A DNA stretch of 63,763 bases, counting the filler, from Choristocarpus tenellus KU-1152 (lineage: Eukaryota; Protista; Phaeophyceae), in NCBI GenBank assembly GCA_964200185.2. It is 10 parts of 10 records of this genome, joined end to end, with 100 filler letters (N's around TTAATTAATTAA, not from the genome) between each part and the next. Parts side by side here need not be neighbours in the genome. Positions count along the whole stretch, not along the records: positions 34,732 to 41,350 come from CAXNAD020007735.1; positions 41,451 to 46,069 come from CAXNAD020013766.1; positions 46,170 to 49,055 come from CAXNAD020023928.1; positions 49,156 to 53,920 come from CAXNAD020013146.1; 6 more parts are not named here. One strand, given 5' to 3'. Every line of letters starts with the position of its first letter. The stretch's first letter is position 1. Positions 40,691 to 53,714 of the stretch are shown here, piece by piece. A program made the position numbers and the translations under genes. The notes beneath the pieces were generated by a model that saw only the letters and a list, made by a program, of their open reading frames with translations, had not been told where the DNA came from and ran no database searches.

Positions 40691-41280
40691 CTCTCAAGCA
40701 AGTACTCTCTAGTTAGGGCAGCACATCTGGTGACCATGGATGCAAGGGTTGTAAAATCCCTAACCCTAGGTAGTGTTATTGTTGTGGAGGGGAGGGAAGA
40801 TAAAGTTTTAGTATATTTTTTTCCGATTACTTTTTCCACACGACTTTTGACGCACAACTACAGGACAACCCTAAACGACATTCAGCAATGAGTTCCTATT
40901 ATTGGAATAGGAACACTCTAAGTGTTCAGTATCCATTACTACTATGGTCTAGTAACCTCTAGGAGGAAAGAAACTATGAAGGGGTTTTCCCTGAGTAAAT
41001 TTGGGGGGCCTGTGCTGGGAGGAAAAGAAAAGGCAACATCCTTCACTAAGCAGATAGGAGTAGTCAAGGGGCAGCAGTTGGAAAAGGTACAGGGGAGGGG
41101 TTTGTGTTCTATGTGATGAGAGGGATATGCCTGGGTAAACCCAAGGAGGATCCTTAAAGTTAAGGGGAACATCCACTACTAAGCAGCCACAGTGCTCAGG
41201 CAGCACCTGGAGGGAGGGCACAGGGGGAACTGCGCCTGGTGGCAGGGATGAGATGACTCTGTGTAGAAGGGGCGGACTGT

Positions 41281-41350
41281 GGCTCAAAGTATCTGGGAGG
41301 GGGTGGCGGCTGTCCATTTGGGGCCAATTTTTTCATGTCGTGATTTTTGG
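41281..41350 (+). mobile_element. MITE family B left arm (truncated at contig end)
   Basis: GGCTCAAAGTATCTGGGAGGGGGTGGCGGCTGTCCATTTGGGGCC... Confidence 0.85.
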
Positions 41351-41873
41351 NNNNNNNNNNNNNNNNNNNNNNNNNNNNNNNNNNNNNNNNNNNNTTAATT
41401 AATTAANNNNNNNNNNNNNNNNNNNNNNNNNNNNNNNNNNNNNNNNNNNNAACAGATCACTAGATTCTTACTGCCCCTCCCCCCTCCCCCTGTTCCCTTG
41501 GGAAATGGATATGCGCCAATAAATACAACCAGGTTGACATTCATGAATATCTATGGGAACGTAATTGTTAGAGTAGCAGTTTCCACTGGAGATACATATA
41601 TGTGCAACACATTTGTTGTCTGGGCTGCACAATTTCATTGGGACAAAAAAATATGTCTTAGGTGACATATCTTTGCAATCTCTCTGCAAAAAAAAGGGGT
41701 CATATTTTAGAAAGGCCAAAGACCTTGTAAGGATGTTACTTCAACTGCGAGTGTCACTGTGTATTACAAGATCACAACAACAAACAGACCCAGCAACAAT
41801 TACCAAGTCACACACAAAACGCTCTGATCAAAGCAAGAGATGTCGAAGGGACCCAGTTAGGGTCAAGATCCAC

Positions 41874-43665
41874 CTGGTGGCATGTCTATGACAAGGTACT
41901 CCAGTTCTCCCCAGTCTGTGCCTAGCAAGAGTTGGTTGATTACCTGCCACACAGCGCAAGTACAGCACTTTTGTATCAGAGCACAATACCTTTACATTCG
42001 GACGAAAATCAAATATGATCCCGAACTCAGCTTAGGAAGCAACAATTATTTGATTGGAGCCCCAGCAACCTGCAGGGGTCGGGATGGAAGATTGGGAATG
42101 CTTTCTTTCCACTCTGGGATGATATCAGCAGGCACCCTGAGGCTATCCATATATATATATATGTATATATATATAAATATTTCAACCTCAAATGCAAGAG
42201 GGGTAACAGATTCAGGTCCCCAACAAAGCAATACAGAACGCCAAGCATCACCAATACCCAACTTCCATCAAGCAGCCCACCTTGGACACAATGGGACCCC
42301 GCATCACTGCAGCGCCCCTCCCACCAGCTCCAGGCACCTTGGCCTTGGGGTTGACCCAGCCAAAACTCATACATGCCACACCACGATGAAGTACTGGTGA
42401 AAGGAGCTTTCGCTCTGGATAGCTCGGGCTAACCCGTAGAGCCACATCAGTGGGCTTCATAGAGTTTCGAGAGGGAAAGTACAGTGGATCATGTTAAGAG
42501 GTATGTAGAAAACAGATGTTAATAGCAAGTTTGCCCACGTCTGAGGGATTGAGAGGGGATACACTGGTGTCTCCACTAGACCCTCTGGGAGGCATGAGGG
42601 GATAGCGGTTGAGGTCCTTATTCCAGAGGCAGGTCAAGAGTCTAGGGCAAATAAAAATTTCGCATTTAACTGGAGGGTGACTAGCACCTTCTCTCACCTT
42701 CACTAGAGTTGGTAAGCTGGGTCCGTATACATCCGCATCTAGAAGGCCAACTCTTGCACCGCGCTCAGCTAGGGCGTAGGCAAGGTTGACAGCGACAGTA
42801 CTCTTCCCAACACCACCCTTGCAGCTGCTCACGCAAATTATATTCTCCACGATACTCAGGCCAGGAGAGTTCGCCTGGGTTGGTGTACGTGGCTGGGGGC
42901 GTCTGGTCTTGGTGTTGACTTCAACTGTGCTGACCCAATCCAGTGCCTCTACGGCCGACTTGCAGAAATGCGTCAGCTCTACAGAACCTGGGAGCGCCAT
43001 CGTAGGCAGTCGAAGGGTGAAAGTCACCATCCCACCTGTTCTTGGGGGACAAGATCGGGAAAAGATCGTTAGTCGGGATTGATCAAACAATGCGGTTCTC
43101 TCCTCAACAATGGATGATGTCAATATGGAAGCCACAATAGCACTTCAAAACCAAATAGAACAAGTAGCTCTCCTGCAATAACCTTGCACTAACAACTGAA
43201 GACAAGGGACGTACGCGGTGCTTATGCTGTAGGGCTTTGGACAATCTAACGCAAAGTCTCACTCTTCGTATCGACGACAAGGTCCTGCACAAGCTGTAGA
43301 TGCACGACATCCTTGTTTGCATTTAGCTCGTACACCTTCGACAGCGCTGAAAGTACCTCCTCTTCTTTCCGCGCTAGCTCGTCACGTCCACCCTGTGATA
43401 ATGTCTCCCCACTCCCTCCTCCACTTATTCCCCACCACGAAAAACATCGACGGTCCTTTTGCCCTGATGGATCTGGTAATGAGACTTTACATACGGGTAT
43501 CAGCAAGGACAAGGACGCCACATGCCTTCTTAATGGACCGTACTCTACCCCCCTAAGAAAATCATGTGCCACCTTGCAAGCAAGGGAACCTCCATAGAGG
43601 AAATTGCTCCTTATCCTTCCTACGTACGATATCATCAACACAATTTTTGAATCTGGAGTTGTCAT
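41874..43665 (-). CDS. HCF101: HCF101-like Fe-S cluster scaffold (DUF59 + Mrp/NBP35 P-loop NTPase), 5' part
   Basis: Exons 43665-43263, 43035-42698, 42454-42281 and 41943-41874. DUF59-like [24 protein letters not shown], Walker [36 protein letters not shown]|VINQLL and [14 protein letters not shown]. Confidence 0.85.
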
Positions 43666-44108
43666 ACCTTCAAGCAGAGGCGTTTTGTTTTTTGTTGTGA
43701 CAAATCATCCACAAGTTATTCTTTTACCCTGTTCCATCCCTGCTATCAATCCACCTTACGTCCAGAAAAGAGGAGTTCTGGTGGGGAGAAGTAAACCCGG
43801 ACATAGAACACATCAGTATTGTTCGGAGCTTTCATCGTCAAGGATGGGGTGCTTGGTCAGTGTGGAAAGGTGGCTGGGGAATTGGGGTGTTAAGGGCCCC
43901 ATGTTATTTCATCGGACTAATTTCACATCAAACTCGTCCAACACTATTCTCAATTGGATCTATGGGAGTGTCTAGAATTCAAAGACTTCACGTGGTCATT
44001 TGATTCCCGTCTATCGAGGAAGAAAATAAGGGGTGTGAACAGAGTAGCTTATTAATGACATGAGCTCCTTTTTCTAAACAGTTGCCCTCTTGTTGCAATT
44101 TTTCTTAG

Positions 44109-45129
44109 ATGTCCAGGACCGATGACGATTCAGTTTCGTCCGAAGAATCGAAGAAAACTTCGCGAGATGTGGCGGACCTAAATGGAGTCGATGTCGCCGT
44201 ACTTGATTTTGACGGCAAAGGTAGGAACTGAGTGGTAATTGCTGTGGTGCTAGCATTGTTCAACCTCTACATCGAGGCATTAGTAGAGTTCGTAATCAGA
44301 CAACCTCTTGCAGTCATGATAGTTTTTGCTTTGGCATTGATATGGTTGGGTATGTAATGTTTATTGTGGAGGTAATTGCTACTTAGGCTATGGCCGTTGA
44401 ATCTCTCCCCATCACCATTCGGAAAGTGGTCTAAGTCCCACAGTGTCACTCGAAACAGATTGCCGTAGGGCTGCTGTTGCAGTAGCTGTGCCATATGACC
44501 CTACCCATTGCCTTATGGAGGTGAGAGTTTTATGTCCCTAGTTTAACCCTTTTGGGTATGATTGTTCCCCATGTGTTGACTTAAGACCTGGTTTCTCAAA
44601 CAATTCCTTTCCTTGAGACAAACGAGTATCTCCTCTGACTCCAGCTACCGCTGGAGCCTTGTGCCATATTCTTGTCCTTTAACACTGTGCACGCCCCCAT
44701 TTGTTGCACGTTTTCGACCCAGTCTCCTTTTCCTTCCCCGTCTTCTGGATTAACCTAGCGCTAGACCCTACAGCCACCTCTTCTCGAAAAGCTTTGCTCA
44801 ACCCTGACTTAACACGGACTTTGTAGTGACTCCCACAAGCCTTCCACAGACACACAAACCTCACATATCAGCATCTATCTTTCTCAACTGGAGCCATACG
44901 TCAACTTTTTTCTCACAGTCTCACCCTCCAAACTGGTGTTGATCGCGCTCGTTGTCGCCCAGACTTTTCGGGGACGTACAGACTGGGTGATGAGCTTGGT
45001 AAGGGCGCCTTCTCTGTTGTCCATGAGGCCACCTTGATGCGAGGTTCGAATGCAGGGACACAGTATGCCGTGAAGCTTATCAAGAGGGCAAAATTGGAAC
45101 CTGAGGCCAAGGAAGACCTCTTTGAGGAG
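44109..45129 (+). CDS. Ser/Thr protein kinase (CAMK-like), 5' part
   Basis: Exons 44109-44220 and 44963-45129 join in phase 1. YRLGDELGKGAFSVVHEA, YAVKLIKR and LFEE|V correspond to subdomains I-III. Confidence 0.85.
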
Positions 45130-46603
45130 GTGCGCCTGATGATGAGGTGTTGATATGTTTGGGGCATTTGTAGGATGACTTAAATTGATACATGCAGGGG
45201 AGACTTGTGTCCCATGTCTCTTAAGATTATAAATAGATGCACCTGTAGAGCTATCATGACTAAGTTTCGTCTGGGGGATGCATACATTTGATCTGAGAAA
45301 ATATGAATTGTTTGCTGGAGGCAGGTGTTTGTTTCCACTCTCTTGATGTGAGAGTCAACCCAACTGAGAGGAGTGTTCATTTTCGCCGTTAGAATTTCAA
45401 GGAGTTTTTCAAAGATGACTTGCTTTTTGCAAACTGAATGTCACCACAAGAAGCAGACAAGATACAGTCCACACCTGTAGAAGGTGTTTCACGAGCAAGT
45501 CAGAAGGAACCTCAAAACTCGGCAACTACCTCCTCTCACAGTTACTTTGACTCTTAACCTACAGCCGGCATTGCATTTGACTTGTGCCCCCTCTAGGAAA
45601 TTAGAGACCAGGAAGCGGGCTGTTTTGGTCACCACCTTGCCAAAGAATGCCAAATGTTAGCTATGATTTATTGCACTCACTGGTAATCCTTTTTTTTTTT
45701 TAGAACCCTGTTTCTTGTGTCTTGATACGAATTTGATGATTTATTTATGTCGCAGGAAGTGTTTAGTAGAAGGGAAGAGAGTTTCGTGACCATTTTTAGT
45801 TATGTGAAAACTACTCTGTATGTCACTGGTAGACAACATGTTCCACACTAAGGCGTGGCTTCTTCTTTTTTTAAGACAGATACCCCGCCGGCTCTTTGAT
45901 TTTCTCAAGTCCTTCATCCCTGTTTGTCATCTCTCTCAGTCTTCGTTCTCATTTCGTGGGTGTTTGCTTCCTTTGTTGTATATTTGGGGGGGGGGGGGGG
46001 GGGGGAGTGGGGGAAAACGGGTAAACATGAAAAAAGGGGGGAGGCCCCACAAAATTGAAAAAAATCCCCNNNNNNNNNNNNNNNNNNNNNNNNNNNNNNN
46101 NNNNNNNNNNNNNTTAATTAATTAANNNNNNNNNNNNNNNNNNNNNNNNNNNNNNNNNNNNNNNNNNNNCAAGCGTACAGTGGCAACATGTCGCTGTCAT
46201 TGCCCTCCATTGGGAACAACATCCGTTGCCTTTTGCGAATGAAGACGCCGATGCAGGTGCTTATGGCAGCAGCAGCAGCCTCACTCAGCGCAAAAATGTT
46301 GTTATTAGTTGCCCAAACACCTTGTATGATAGACTGCTTTCTGGTAGTGTACAACGGGCTGTGGGAGGGACAGGTCGTGTAGTGGTCTTCCGGCCCCGTA
46401 CGTACATACTTCCTACTGTCCCGATAATACTGTGTTTGCCTTGAATGCAGCAATAAAAACAGGACCAAAGACAAACATTTATTGTTACCTACACTCCATT
46501 TTTGTTACTAACCTGATACGTGTTAACAAGCGGCCATTTTTTTACAACTCTAAGCAGATTTATTTGATTTACAGACGTGATGTTGCTCTCCCCCATTCGC
46601 CAG

Positions 46604-49055
46604 ATTATCCAAGCGGATCGGCTGGTCATCGCCAACAGCACCAGCAGCGCCATGCCGGCCAAAGCCGACAGCAAACCTCTCGGCTTCATGTTCATGTCCG
46701 TAGACGCGGGGAACCAGACAACACACGCCCTCCCAGCACTTTACCCACCTACCCATGGCGGTGACAGGTAACCACACGCACACATAGTCCATCTGTCAAC
46801 ACGTTTGCAGTCGCACACAGAACAGAATAGACGACCCTGTTTTAATCAACGAATGAGTGCAAAGTCCCAAGAAATAACCGCCAAAACAGACGCACATAAT
46901 TCCACTACCAAATCTGTTCATCATGATGATGACGCACCGTAACACCTTTCTTTACACGTTTCTTTGGTTCATGTCCTTCTTATCAGGGGCTACTCCGAGT
47001 GCCAGAAGATCATGGCTGCACACGTCGAAGGCCAGTTCGCGGAGGTGTTCTTCACTCCTATCAATCTTGGAGGAGGTACGTATTGTGGGTTGTGGCTCAA
47101 CAATCACACGACTGAATAGATGCTGGTTGCGCACGCACCACTTGATTTACCATCATGGCGAGTGGACCCGCCGTAGGTTAGATACCCGAGGACGAGTACA
47201 TCCTTACACAATTTTCCTACAGATGACCGCAGGCCTGGTGAACAGTCGATTAACTGATGATGCACTGTGCTCCCTTGCCCTCGTAGGCTTCAGCTTCGGA
47301 AGGGCAAGAGGAGCGTAAGAGCTAATCAAGGAGGAGGAAAACCCACAGACATGTACATCAGCCAGTCGGGTGTATGTCCTCTACATCGCATAAACAAATT
47401 ACATTACCCCTCTTTTTATCTCCAAGGAAACATTGCGTAAGTAAGCAGAGTACTATTTGCCAACAGTTGTTGAACAACATTGTTCGCGCAGGTTGTAACC
47501 TTGTCTGCACAGCCACCCACCTTACCCTCACAAGGCTTATCTACAAGTACCACAACAGCCTCGATCACGTGGGGAGTTGCATCATCCAGCGCGCGCATTG
47601 GCAGGTAAGAATTTTTCATCTTGACACAACCTACTCAACACATACTCGCCGAATACCGGTCACCAAGTAACTACCTGCACGGTCTTTAGTTTTGGTTTGT
47701 GCGTTGCAACCTGCATGTATGATGGCGTGATGTAGAGCTTGCGCTCTAGAACTACTGGAAACGTGCACTGTTCCTCCACGAAACGTGGTGAAATGGGCTG
47801 ACATATCGGCCTCATGCTTATCCCTCCCTCGCTCCCAACTCCCCAAACTGACCAGGTCGACACCTGCATCTCAGAGAACAAGAACAATTTCTTTCTCGGA
47901 TATGCGGGGCTGTTGGTCGCGGCGAGTGTCATTTGTGTGGTCGAGATACATTTTATGATGGTGGGGCACACGCACATCAAAATCGATCTGATCTTCTCCA
48001 GGTAATTAGGCAAGATATACAAGTGCGATAGCCACATAGTGTTATTACACGGACAGATACTGCCTTGAGGCTTGCAGTTCACGCTTGTTGCGTCCATGGA
48101 AGGCTTATTGTCATACACTGCAATAGATTGAGTCAAAGCATCTTAGAGGGTAGAGCGCTGTCCATTTGGGGGTCAAAATCCAATGTAGTGATTTTGATGT
48201 AATTTTACCTATCGTGTTCGTTAGAAAGTGTCGATACCCTTGTTCCAGATACACCTTTTCATAATGTATACATTGTACCTACTCTAAAACAAATTGGAGA
48301 AGGGAAATGTCATAAAATAAAACCCATGAGGAGCCAAGCACCAAAGGGACAATCAGGGCAAAACTCGTACCCTCTAAGATACTTTCACTCATTGATTGAC
48401 TTTTGATTTCCCCACAACAAAATTTACCGATAAGAGCAGCTGTCAAAACTATATTGTAACCTACTCTCGAAACAAAACAATAAAAAAATGTACGAATCAC
48501 CCCTTTTTATATTTATACTTCCATATACATGCATCAGAACATGTGCCTGCATATATATCTTGCTTCTCCACTTCGCTTCTTTCGCCCCCGCCTCAAAATT
48601 AACTTGCTTGCATTTCACCTTCAGGTTCTCACGTGGTATAAAAAGGAAGAACATATTCACAAGAACACAGCTGGGTGAAGAGCTGCTGGCCTCTTATACG
48701 GAGGTTCCAGTCTACTGCAAGACCCTACGGAACAAGGGCAACTTCAAGGGACTCCTTCGCGGTCGCTTCAACTGTGTTCCCAATATCACGAGCTACAGGA
48801 CTTTTCGCGTTAAAAAAGGTGGTGGTGGGCGGGTAAAGGTTAGCGTAAAGCAATACATGCACAGCACCGCATGGAGTGGGATAGGGGGAGACGTTTCTAT
48901 CGACCCCAACGCCCCTCAGCACGACCTCTTCATCGGCCACCCGCCTCGTCTCCAAGATGCACCACCCTACCAGCTCAAGAGCGTTCCCAAAGACGTCATC
49001 CTGAAGGTGGAGCAGCGGTACCAGGCGTCACACGAGCGCCTCCCTGCTGCGTACC
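46604..49055 (+). mobile_element. Intron-containing Sola-like (DUF7869-type) DDD transposase gene, partial
   Basis: Exons 46604-46767, 46987-47075, 47492-47604, 47856-48001 and 48625->49055 splice in frame without stops. Motifs FMSVDAGNQ...LP, GGGCNLVC, WQ|VDTCISENKNNFFLGY and FMMVGHTHIKIDLIFSR|FS. Confidence 0.75.
48130..48390 (+). mobile_element. MITE family A inside an intron of the transposase gene
   Basis: GAGTCAAAGCATCTTAGAGGGTA ... TACCCTCTAAGATACTTTCACTC; flanks ATT/ATT. Confidence 0.92.
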
Positions 49056-49314
49056 NNNNNNNNNNNNNNNNNNNNNNNNNNNNNNNNNNNNNNNNNNNNT
49101 TAATTAATTAANNNNNNNNNNNNNNNNNNNNNNNNNNNNNNNNNNNNNNNNNNNNTCTCTTTATCGTAAAAAGAAAGTTCCCCCTTTTCCCTGTTTCGGG
49201 CCCAAAGGACACCCTGTTTTAGGCCCCCCCCCCCCCCCCCCAGATACTTCAGGCAACAACCTCCACAAGAGCGCTGCGCTAATCGCCGCGGTCGCTTCAA
49301 CCGCCCCTACTCAC

Positions 49315-52200
49315 TGCTTATGTCTCATGGCCACCGGCAGGTTGTCCACCATCATGTGTACCCTGTAAGACTCGTCAATCAGGTAACGGAATCGCTTCAT
49401 GTCATCCTGCGAGGTAAGACGACCGAAATTTAAAACAAAAAAGAACGGTAAAAAAACCCAAACAGAATCACAAAAATCAGCAATGAAAGAGCAAAAAGTC
49501 GGACGCCATTCACGGCGTAGAGTCAGGCAGTCAGTCGATCACCACTTCTTACAATCATCCGGAGCAAGCTCGAATGTTTCCTGGGCTGCCCTAACCCTAA
49601 CCCTAACGACTTCTGCGATAAAATAATAAAACACAAAGTTGTTTTGTTTTGTACAGGTGTGCACTGATACCAACGCAGCAGCACTACCAATATATATATA
49701 TATAACTAAGGATTCAAAACGCCATCCTGGAGGAGACACATGCCATTTGCAGTACAGCATACGTGCAAACACCAAATCTTGTACAAACTCCCGCTTCTTC
49801 CAGCAGGGTACAGCCCCCCCCCCCCCCCCCCCCCGACCCCCCCCCCCCTCCCCATTTCCTCACCTCAGACATCTTTTGAGGACAAAGCAATCGGCAGTTC
49901 ACATTCTCCTTGATCTGAATCTCATACGGCGACGATGTGATCTTGTCTCCTGTGAGAACCTGCCGAGGAGTCCACCAGAAAAGAGACGGGAAATGCACTT
50001 ACAGACTTCAACACTGGCGCTGGCTGACTGCCCCTGAGGCACACAGCTCTACCGTATATACACAGAAAAGCCCAACCAATTAATTCCATTGGATTGCGGA
50101 GCAAACTTCGCAGTCAAGTTCTCATGCACGAGCGTATGCATGGGGACAAAACAAAACGTGTGCTACTTCAACCCAATAACTTTCTCAAACGAGATGGGTT
50201 CACCATTTTTAAAAACAAAAAAAAATAATGCGCCTTTTTTGATTTGTTAAAAGTGAGGTATACATACAATGTATGTGATTCCCTACAGAGAATGTAGATG
50301 TATGGTTTCCCACAAAAACAATATTTTTTATTTTTTCTCCAAAACTTGAAAGGAGAAAAAGGGGTATTAAAAACCTCTCCCACTACTGGGACCACGAGAC
50401 CTCACCTAGGGTTAGGGCTACAGGCATTAAAGATACTTCTTTTTTTTGCCTTTTAATGTTCTCACTTCAGTCAGCACTAACACCTCCTGCTATGGTTACC
50501 CATCCCAAAACATGTTAACAAAGTTAAATAACCAATGCCAATTGACACTGTGGTAGGTGTGAACAAACATTAGAAAAAAACACACACACACACAAACAAT
50601 TATGTGTGCATGTAAGAATTTCTATGCATCTTCAACAGCGGTATCAATCCCCCCCCCCCCACCCCCCACCCCCCCAAGCAAAACACGTTGTTCCTCTGCT
50701 AACCTTTCGGTGGGTTGAAGATTGCACTGAAATTCATCTGGAGGAACCTTTGCAGACACGGCTAAACAACCCATTTCCCCAACTCAGGAATTGAAATAGG
50801 GTGACACGAGCTTGACCCATCTACTTGATTACACTTATCCAGCCATTCCACCACAAATTAAAGCGCAGGATGCCACTCAATCAGGGAGCATGAGCATGTC
50901 ATGGGGTGAGAAACCCTCTTTGAATCGCTCTCATACAGTATACGTTTTGTTTTGAGCAAATGAGGACTGATACTCTTAACCTCCTCCCACCCAACAGTGA
51001 TTTGATTCTATGGAGCATTACACATAAAAATGCATCATTTCTGTATGATCCATGTGAAAGGCTTTGGGCACTAGTGGCAACACAGTGTTGCTTAAGGATT
51101 CTAATGTATTTGCCCATTTTAAGCTAATAATATTGCCGATTTAAAGATTAAAAAAGCAATGTAGTGCCTGATTTTAAAACTACGACACATGTACAACTAC
51201 CATCAAGACTAATGTCAACATATATATATATATAACACTAGTGACAAATGATAGTTGCTATTACTACCATCATAGTCAGAAGAAGAGAAAGGTTGGGATA
51301 CTCAAAGAGAAGAAGAAACAATTGAACAGATTGGACAGAACAGGCAAAAGTCCATTGAGTCAGAAGGATGATGCATGCATTTTCTCGAAAATTCGCAGTA
51401 GCATTGATGGGAATATCCATCTTTTGTTTTTTTTCTGAAGCGATGCTCAACGACATAGAAGCAAGGATGTACATCAAAAGTAGGAGATGATAAGCGCTGT
51501 TTTGGCCATGTCGAGAGAGTCACCCAAAGGTTACAGCAGTTGTTCACGCCATCTTTAGCACAAGTACCAACACATCACACCAACTCTCAGACAGGGGGGA
51601 AATCTTGAATATAGGCGGATGACCGCTCGTTTTTACTTACCTCACCCAGGTTTTCCGATTCCTTTTTGCGCTTGTCCGGCTTGCAGTAGGGCACACTGTA
51701 GTAGTCATACGGAAGTTGCGTCTTGGTCGAGGTGAGGGAGTTGACCTGCAGTGCCACCTACAGGCTCTCGACAGGGAGTACGACAAAAAATCAGAGGAAG
51801 AGAGGTAGGCATTTCCACACATCCTGGAGATCCATCTCAATGACATGGTGGGACCAAAACACAGTTGAACACTGACAGTACTCCTCACATCTCGGAAAGA
51901 AATGTTGCCAAGGGGTCTCAAGGTTCCAATGTAAGACAAAACCAAGGACGACCCACAAGAATAAGACAGAGAAAATCAGGCATCTTGGTTACTGAAACCT
52001 GGCTGATCATGATCCTTCTCGGAAAAAGCTTGCACTGGGCATCGGACAGATAGGCCGCAAAGGACACAGCAGACCGACAAACTGACCTTTTCATTCTCCC
52101 TGTAAGTTTTTGGAGGATAACCAGGCAAGTAGAACGCATCCGTCCCTACCGACAGCACCCCCAATCCGAGAAGAAACAGCTGCACCCAAATCCTGTCCAT
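49315..52200 (-). CDS. Transmembrane 9 superfamily (nonaspanin/EMP70) protein, 5' part
   Basis: Exons 52200-52087, 51757-51641, 49959-49864 and 49406-49315. Signal peptide followed by AFYLPGYPPKTY, VNSLTSTKTQLPYDYYSVPYC, ENLGE|VLTGDKITSSPY and YRVHMMVDNLPVA. Confidence 0.92.
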
Positions 52201-53369
52201 AGTCCTGCTGTGGCAGATATGGGGGACAGCCCTGCCGAGGGACACGCCCCCTCAACCCCGCCTAGCAAGACGGAATGATATACAAAGATAGCAAGTAACG
52301 TGGATGGAACCTAAGCCCAAACACTAGAGTAGACCTCTCCCAGCTCCGTCTTTATCGTCTAGCGGACAAAGAAGTACGCCACCACCCCAAGCCCAACGCT
52401 AGTTTCCTGCTTGTGTCTCTGGACCTTTCACCTCTTACTTGTTCCCTTCTTCAAACATTCTCAGACTAGGTGTACGGTGATGTTTCGATAAAATATCGTC
52501 GGACGTTGGACGTTGGACGCTGTTTAAATAGTTATATTAGTATTTCTTTCTCTACCAACACCCCCTATAAAAACATATGATTTTTTTCAAACATGGAGAA
52601 ATAATGTTGAGTGGTAGTAGTTATAGTATTAATAGTAGTTGAACCACAAGAATATAGTAGTACAATAGAAATACATTGAGTTAAATGAGGTACTTCTTAA
52701 TTGATTTATAATATATTTTATATGCACATATGTATATAGTTTTCATTGGTTTCCCCCTGATGCATACTATTTCATCATCTCATCAAACATTTTTGAGATG
52801 TGTGGAGGAAAGAAAAGTCAAACCATTATCATATTAATTTCACAATAGAGGGTGGAGAGTGTTCCTTCTATGCTTAGTGTTGTGTTGACTGATGATGTAG
52901 AATCCTCACCATGAACAGTCGTCCTGCTTTAGTAGTTTTGGAGATTGATATCTACTGAATGCTGTTGTATTCTCTGGGGCTGATCTCTCTTGCGTCCTCT
53001 TCTTCAATTTATTTCTTCCTGTTTTTCTTTCCTAGTCCTATGATCTTGTACGTGAACATGATGGATGGATTGGGGGAGAGGACGGTGGGAAACTTCGCCA
53101 ACATGCAGCCCCCTGCAGGTGTTACACCATCATGCAGATAACGTGTTGGCGTAGTTTCCTTGCGGAACTCCGTCGCACAATTTTGTGTCAGATTCGGTGT
53201 CAAGATGTCACGAACGACGTCTTGGTCGGGTGCAACCTCGACGCATGAAGTAAGGTAGGTACAGGGTAGTCTTCAGATAGAGGGAAAAACTATGGTATTT
53301 TCGAAAGAGAAGGAGATATCGTCCCATCCCATGTACACCATCTGCTACTGTGGGGCACCAGAAATCCTG

Positions 53370-53714
53370 GAACAGGGAGTTTATGTGGGTACCTACAATG
53401 TTCAAACCATGACTGTGAAAGCCAAGAACGGAGTGGATCGTTTGAGATGGGCCTGCGCTTGTGGATGCGATGTGTTTGGTCTCCAAGAGATAGGAAGGCG
53501 TGGGATTTCTCGGCTTGTGCTGTCTGAGTTCAAGTACATTGTTTTCCCTAGTGGGGGAGGAGATCAAAAGGGTAACTATCGAGTGGGTTTGGCAGTGAAT
53601 CAATCCTTCTTACATCAAGCCACCGATGAAGTAGAGCTCCTTGATGAAAAAATGAAGTTCTGGCTCCGTTCCACTAGGATTACCTCTGTTGTGGGATATA
53701 CCCAAATAAAATAG
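53370..53714 (+). mobile_element. Non-LTR retrotransposon (RTE-like) AP-endonuclease fragment
   Basis: VGTYNVQTM, DVFGLQEIGR and RVGLAV match the APE motifs GTWNVRTL, DiiGLQEtR and GVG. The ORF terminates early. Confidence 0.7.

Noticed and set aside
43844-43870. MGCLVSVER myristoylation-type first exon for the kinase
   Set aside because: Its phase-2 donor does not join the kinase frame at the acceptors I could find.
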